Assembly (NCBI GenBank): GCA_049242025.1 | Contig: JBMLPQ010000092.1 | Coordinates: forward strand, 1 to 53,441 | From: Sediminibacterium sp. | GTDB taxonomy: Bacteria > Bacteroidota > Bacteroidia > Chitinophagales > Chitinophagaceae | Length of the DNA stretch: 53,441 nt | Direction of reading: 5' to 3' | Part shown: positions 48,001 to 53,441 of the stretch, piece by piece | Layout of the letters: each line of letters opens with the position of its first letter | How positions within the stretch are numbered: the stretch's first letter is position 1 | The notes under the pieces: generated by a model | Databases searched by the model: none | What the model saw: the letters and a program-made list of their open reading frames with translations, nothing else | Told to the model about the DNA's origin: nothing | Translations under genes and position numbers: made by a program

Positions 48001-48654
48001 GTTTTTTATCTCATCTAGAATATTAGAGAAAAGCTCGTCATTCGATTGATTATTGGATAATTCAGAAGCAAGATCCAGATTGGGAATTTGTTGTAAAACA
48101 GTTGCCATGGCTTCAGGTTCTGCAATAAATTCTGCTAATCCAGATGCAATGGCTGCATTTGGCATGCCGTTAAATTGTGCGGAAATTGGGTCTTGTACTA
48201 AAATAACTCCCCCAGATTCCTTGATGGTTTTTATCCCCCTTGATCCATCAGTACCTGTTCCAGATAGAATGATTCCTATTGACTTTTCTTTGTACTCTTC
48301 ACCCAATGATTGAAAAAAAATATCAATAGGTAAATTCAAACTGTGTTTTGGTGCTTTTTCTAATAAATGGAGTTTATTTCCCTTAATAACCAGGTTTTTA
48401 TTCCGATGCATTAGATAAATTGAATTGGGATATACTTCTAACTGGTCCTCTGCAGTAAAAATGGACATTGAAGTATGTTTGGCCAATAACTCTGGCATCA
48501 GACTCTTAAAATCGGGAGATAAATGTTGGATTATTACAAAAGCTATTCCGGTATTAGAGGGAAAATGGTCAAACAATTTTTGGATGGCGTCTAAGCCACC
48601 AGCGGATGCCCCTATACCTACTATATAGAAGTCTTTGGGTTCAATTTCGGGCAT
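45044..48654 (-). pseudogene. CheB-CheR-PAS-histidine kinase fusion interrupted by a frameshift near 46510 (ORFs 46465-48654 and 45044-46507)
   Basis: GASAGG, QHL, GTGTDG (CheB); IGVTSFFRD, CSTGEEAYS, CRNLLIY (CheR); EELQSxNEEL coil; then LYNDVNNLFDST, PAS domains, SHNFR, NSIKY, DNGRG, GLGL in the -1 frame. Could equally be a sequencing error. Confidence 0.7.
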
Positions 48655-48959
48655 TTAAGATAGTTTAAGTCTAATCCGGGATTTTCACTAAAATTCATTC
48701 AATCGAAATCCATTTCTAATCAAACACCATATTTCACCGGACCTATCCAAATTTAAAAAAATTGATGATTGATTCACTTAAAATTTCAATTAAATTTCAA
48801 CTTTTTATCTGTTTAAACATTCAATTAAAATATTCAACACAATCAACTTAGTAAGCTGTAAAAATGGGGAAAACTAGGCCTTTGAACCTGCACAAATCCT
48901 CCCCTAAAATCAGTACATTTGTAAGCTTGTGAAATTGAACTAAAAAGCAAGCGAGATAA

Positions 48960-50945
<1,986 letters not shown>

Positions 50946-51012
50946 CAGAAAAAATCAGTAACTTGTAGAAACTAACCGGTACTCTATTACTAAAAATTAA
51001 ATTCAACACACA

Positions 51013-51219
51013 ATGGACACTTCAAAAATGATTAAAGCATACTGCCTTAAAACAAAGGAAAAAAATGTTCCTATGCAAGATGCAGTAGTTACCAGAACAG
51101 CAAAAGGTGGCTACATGGCCGGTGGTCATGATGGCAAAGGAAATAAAATGGCAGCTATCTTAAGTGAAGCAAAAGCTTTACAAGCAATTGCAGATGGCGT
51201 TGCTAAAAAAGGATTCTAG
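51013..51219 (+). CDS. small basic hypothetical protein, DUF5679-like
   Basis: 68 aa, A-rich translation start region, followed by a terminator; AYCLKTK..VPM....T.T.KG..MA.G....G.KM pattern. Confidence 0.7.
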   Translation: MDTSKMIKAYCLKTKEKNVPMQDAVVTRTAKGGYMAGGHDGKGNKMAAILSEAKALQAIADGVAKKGF

Positions 51220-51237
51220 TTTAACCTGAATTTTTTG

Positions 51238-51265
51238 AAAGCCCCGACTAGTTCGGGGTTTTTTT
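51238..51265. terminator. bidirectional intrinsic terminator
   Basis: AAAGCCCCGA-CTAGT-TCGGGGTTTTTTT between convergent genes. Confidence 0.85.
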
Positions 51266-51276
51266 ATGCATGTAGA

Positions 51277-53441
51277 TTAAGTATTTACCGTCGCAGCAAT
51301 TGTGTTGCGCTTATCCAAAACAGTATTGTGCATTTTCTGTAAAAACTGGTGCATTTCTTCCATCCCTTTGATTGGCTCAACTACCATCAAGAACATTTTG
51401 CCCGCTTGTTTTAATCTACCCTTATTCGTACCTGTTTGTAAATACGCCAATACTTCCTTAAATAAATCAGATTCAAAATAGGGCGAATCGGGTCTATTAA
51501 TAAAATAACAACGGAGGGTGTCGTCTTTCAAAGTCATTTTTTCGAAACCTAGGTCTACTGCTAACTTACGACACCTAACGGTTGTAAATAAATCTTCTAC
51601 AGAAGCAGGTATTGGACCAAAACGATCTACCATTTCTGTATGAAACAACTGCAACTCAGCTTCGTTTTCACAACTATCTAAACGTGTATATAAAGAAAGT
51701 CTTTCAGTAATACTTTCTACATAAAAATCTGGTATCAATATCTCTAGATCTGTATCAATAGTACAGTCACTTACAAAATCGTCTTGCTTACTAATTTCTT
51801 CTTTAAATAGCTCTTTAAAGGAAGTTCGTTTTAGTTCTTTAATGGCTTCCTCCAAAATTTTCTGATACATTTCAAAACCTATCTCTGCCATAAAACCACT
51901 TTGCTCACCTCCAAGCATATTACCGGCCCCTCGAATATCCAGATCGCGCATAGCAATTTGAAAACCACTACCTAAATCACTAAACTGCTCTAAGGTTTGT
52001 AATCGTTTTCTTGAATCCACAGGCAAAGTGCTCATAGGTGGAGCAAGCAAGTAACAGAATGCTTTTTTATTACTTCTTCCTACCCTACCCCTTAATTGAT
52101 GTAAGTCACTTAATCCAAATTGATGGGCATTGTTTACAATTATGGTGTTTACATTCGGAATGTCTACCCCGCTTTCTACAATATTGGTACAAACCAATAC
52201 ATCGTATTTGCGTTCTATGAAATCGAAAATTCTTTCTTCCAATTCGTGGCCTTCTAATTGACCGTGTGCAAACCCAATACTTAAATCTGGGCAAAGACCT
52301 TGAATCAGCGCACTCATTTCGGCCAAACCATGCACCCTGTTATGAATAAAGAAAACCTGTCCTCCTCTTTCTGTTTCAAAATAAATAGTATCCCTGATAA
52401 AATCTTGGTTAAATACTTGAACTTCAGTTTGAATGGGTTGCCTATTAGGTGGTGGCGTATTTATGATGCTCAAATCTCTAGCCCCCATCAAACTAAACTG
52501 CAAGGTTCTTGGAATGGGCGTGGCGGTTAAGGTTAAGCAATCCACATTTGTTTTTAAGGTCTTTAATTTCTCTTTATGCCCTACACCAAATTTTTGCTCT
52601 TCATCAATAATCATGATGCCCAAATCTTTGAAAGAAACTTCTTTCCCAAGTAATCCGTGGGTACCTACAATGATATCTACTTTACCTTCTTTTACTCTTT
52701 GTAAGGTTTCCTTTTTTTCTTTGGCCGATTTAAATCGATTGATATAATCTACCGTAACAGGAAAATCTTTTAATCGATCCTTAAATGTTTTGTAATGCTG
52801 AAAAGCCAAAATAGTAGTTGGAACCAATACTGCAGCTTGCTTTCCATCCACAACCGATTTAAAAGCAGCTCGAATGGCAATTTCAGTTTTTCCAAATCCT
52901 ACATCTCCACATACCAATCGATCCATGGGAGCTTCTTGCTCCATATCTTTTTTTACATCAGCAGTTGCTTTGCTTTGATCGGGAGTGTCTTCGTAAATAA
53001 ATGAAGCTTCTAACTCAGTTTGCATATAATTATCAGGGGCATGTGCAAACCCTTTCTGAGCCTTTCTTTGAGCGTAAAGCTTTATCAAGTCAAAAGCGAT
53101 TTCTTTTACTTTGGCTTTGGTTTTTTCTTTTAATCGGTTCCAAACATCACTTCCTAATTTATTTACTTTAGGAACAGTGCCTTCTTTACCAGTGTATTTA
53201 GAAATCTTGTGAAGTGAATTAATATTTACATATAAAATATCGCTGTCTTTGTAAATGATTCTTACTGCTTCTTGAATTTTTCCGTTTACTTCTAATTTTT
53301 GCAAACCACTGTATGTGCCAACACCATGATCAATATGGGTCACATAATCACCAGGCTGTAAATCGCGAAGTGTTTTTAAAGTGAGCGCTTTGTTTTTATT
53401 GTAAGCTTGTTTAACCTTATACTTATGGTAACGTTGAAATA
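51277..53441 (-). CDS. mfd: transcription-repair coupling factor (5' part lies beyond the window)
   Basis: THIDHGVG, GDVGFGKT, DEEQKFG, LTATPIPRT, QLRGRVGR, DLDIRGAG; the frame stays open to the window end. Confidence 0.95.
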   Translation of the reverse strand, partial: FQRYHKYKVKQAYNKNKALTLKTLRDLQPGDYVTHIDHGVGTYSGLQKLEVNGKIQEAVRIIYKDSDILYVNINSLHKISKYTGKEGTVPKVNKLGSDVWNRLKEKTKAKVKEIAFDLIKLYAQRKAQKGFAHAPDNYMQTELEASFIYEDTPDQSKATADVKKDMEQEAPMDRLVCGDVGFGKTEIAIRAAFKSVVDGKQAAVLVPTTILAFQHYKTFKDRLKDFPVTVDYINRFKSAKEKKETLQRVKEGKVDIIVGTHGLLGKEVSFKDLGIMIIDEEQKFGVGHKEKLKTLKTNVDCLTLTATPIPRTLQFSLMGARDLSIINTPPPNRQPIQTEVQVFNQDFIRDTIYFETERGGQVFFIHNRVHGLAEMSALIQGLCPDLSIGFAHGQLEGHELEERIFDFIERKYDVLVCTNIVESGVDIPNVNTIIVNNAHQFGLSDLHQLRGRVGRSNKKAFCYLLAPPMSTLPVDSRKRLQTLEQFSDLGSGFQIAMRDLDIRGAGNMLGGEQSGFMAEIGFEMYQKILEEAIKELKRTSFKELFKEEISKQDDFVSDCTIDTDLEILIPDFYVESITERLSLYTRLDSCENEAELQLFHTEMVDRFGPIPASVEDLFTTVRCRKLAVDLGFEKMTLKDDTLRCYFINRPDSPYFESDLFKEVLAYLQTGTNKGRLKQAGKMFLMVVEPIKGMEEMHQFLQKMHNTVLDKRNTIAATVNT

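Overview
AT-rich Bacteroidota chromosome segment. It is most likely Chitinophagaceae, inferred from gene content and TAnnTTTG-type promoters. The first ~110 bp carry a cluster of DnaA boxes (candidate oriC) upstream of a GGGP/heptaprenylglyceryl-phosphate synthase gene. About 1-24 kb is accessory-looking. It holds a peptidase/amidase plus D-amino-acid-transaminase-like cluster and an ABC export module. It also holds a block of an AraC regulator, cupin, GH130, a GT4 fusion, a lmo0937-like small membrane protein, a P-type ATPase, a beta-barrel/double-OmpA protein, a 6x Ig-like + DUF3494 ice-binding lipoprotein and a small beta-barrel. Three promoters in that block share a precisely spaced motif (TGTRA-N4-TRYAA-N16-TRTAA-N21/22 then a degenerate -7 box), which suggests one uncharacterised cold/stress regulon; this is the best candidate for an undescribed system. 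About 24-53 kb is mostly housekeeping: LytS/LytTR, dxs, scpA, mscL, PPK2, frr, transketolase N-subunit, rbfA, MsbA-like ABC, DksA with a histone-H1-like tail, GIHH-type ileS, D-LDH, gyrB and a partial mfd. That part also contains a frameshifted CheB-CheR-PAS-histidine kinase and a small basic DUF5679-like gene. I recognised no rRNA, tRNA, CRISPR array or transposase. All family calls come from motif recognition by eye, not database searches.
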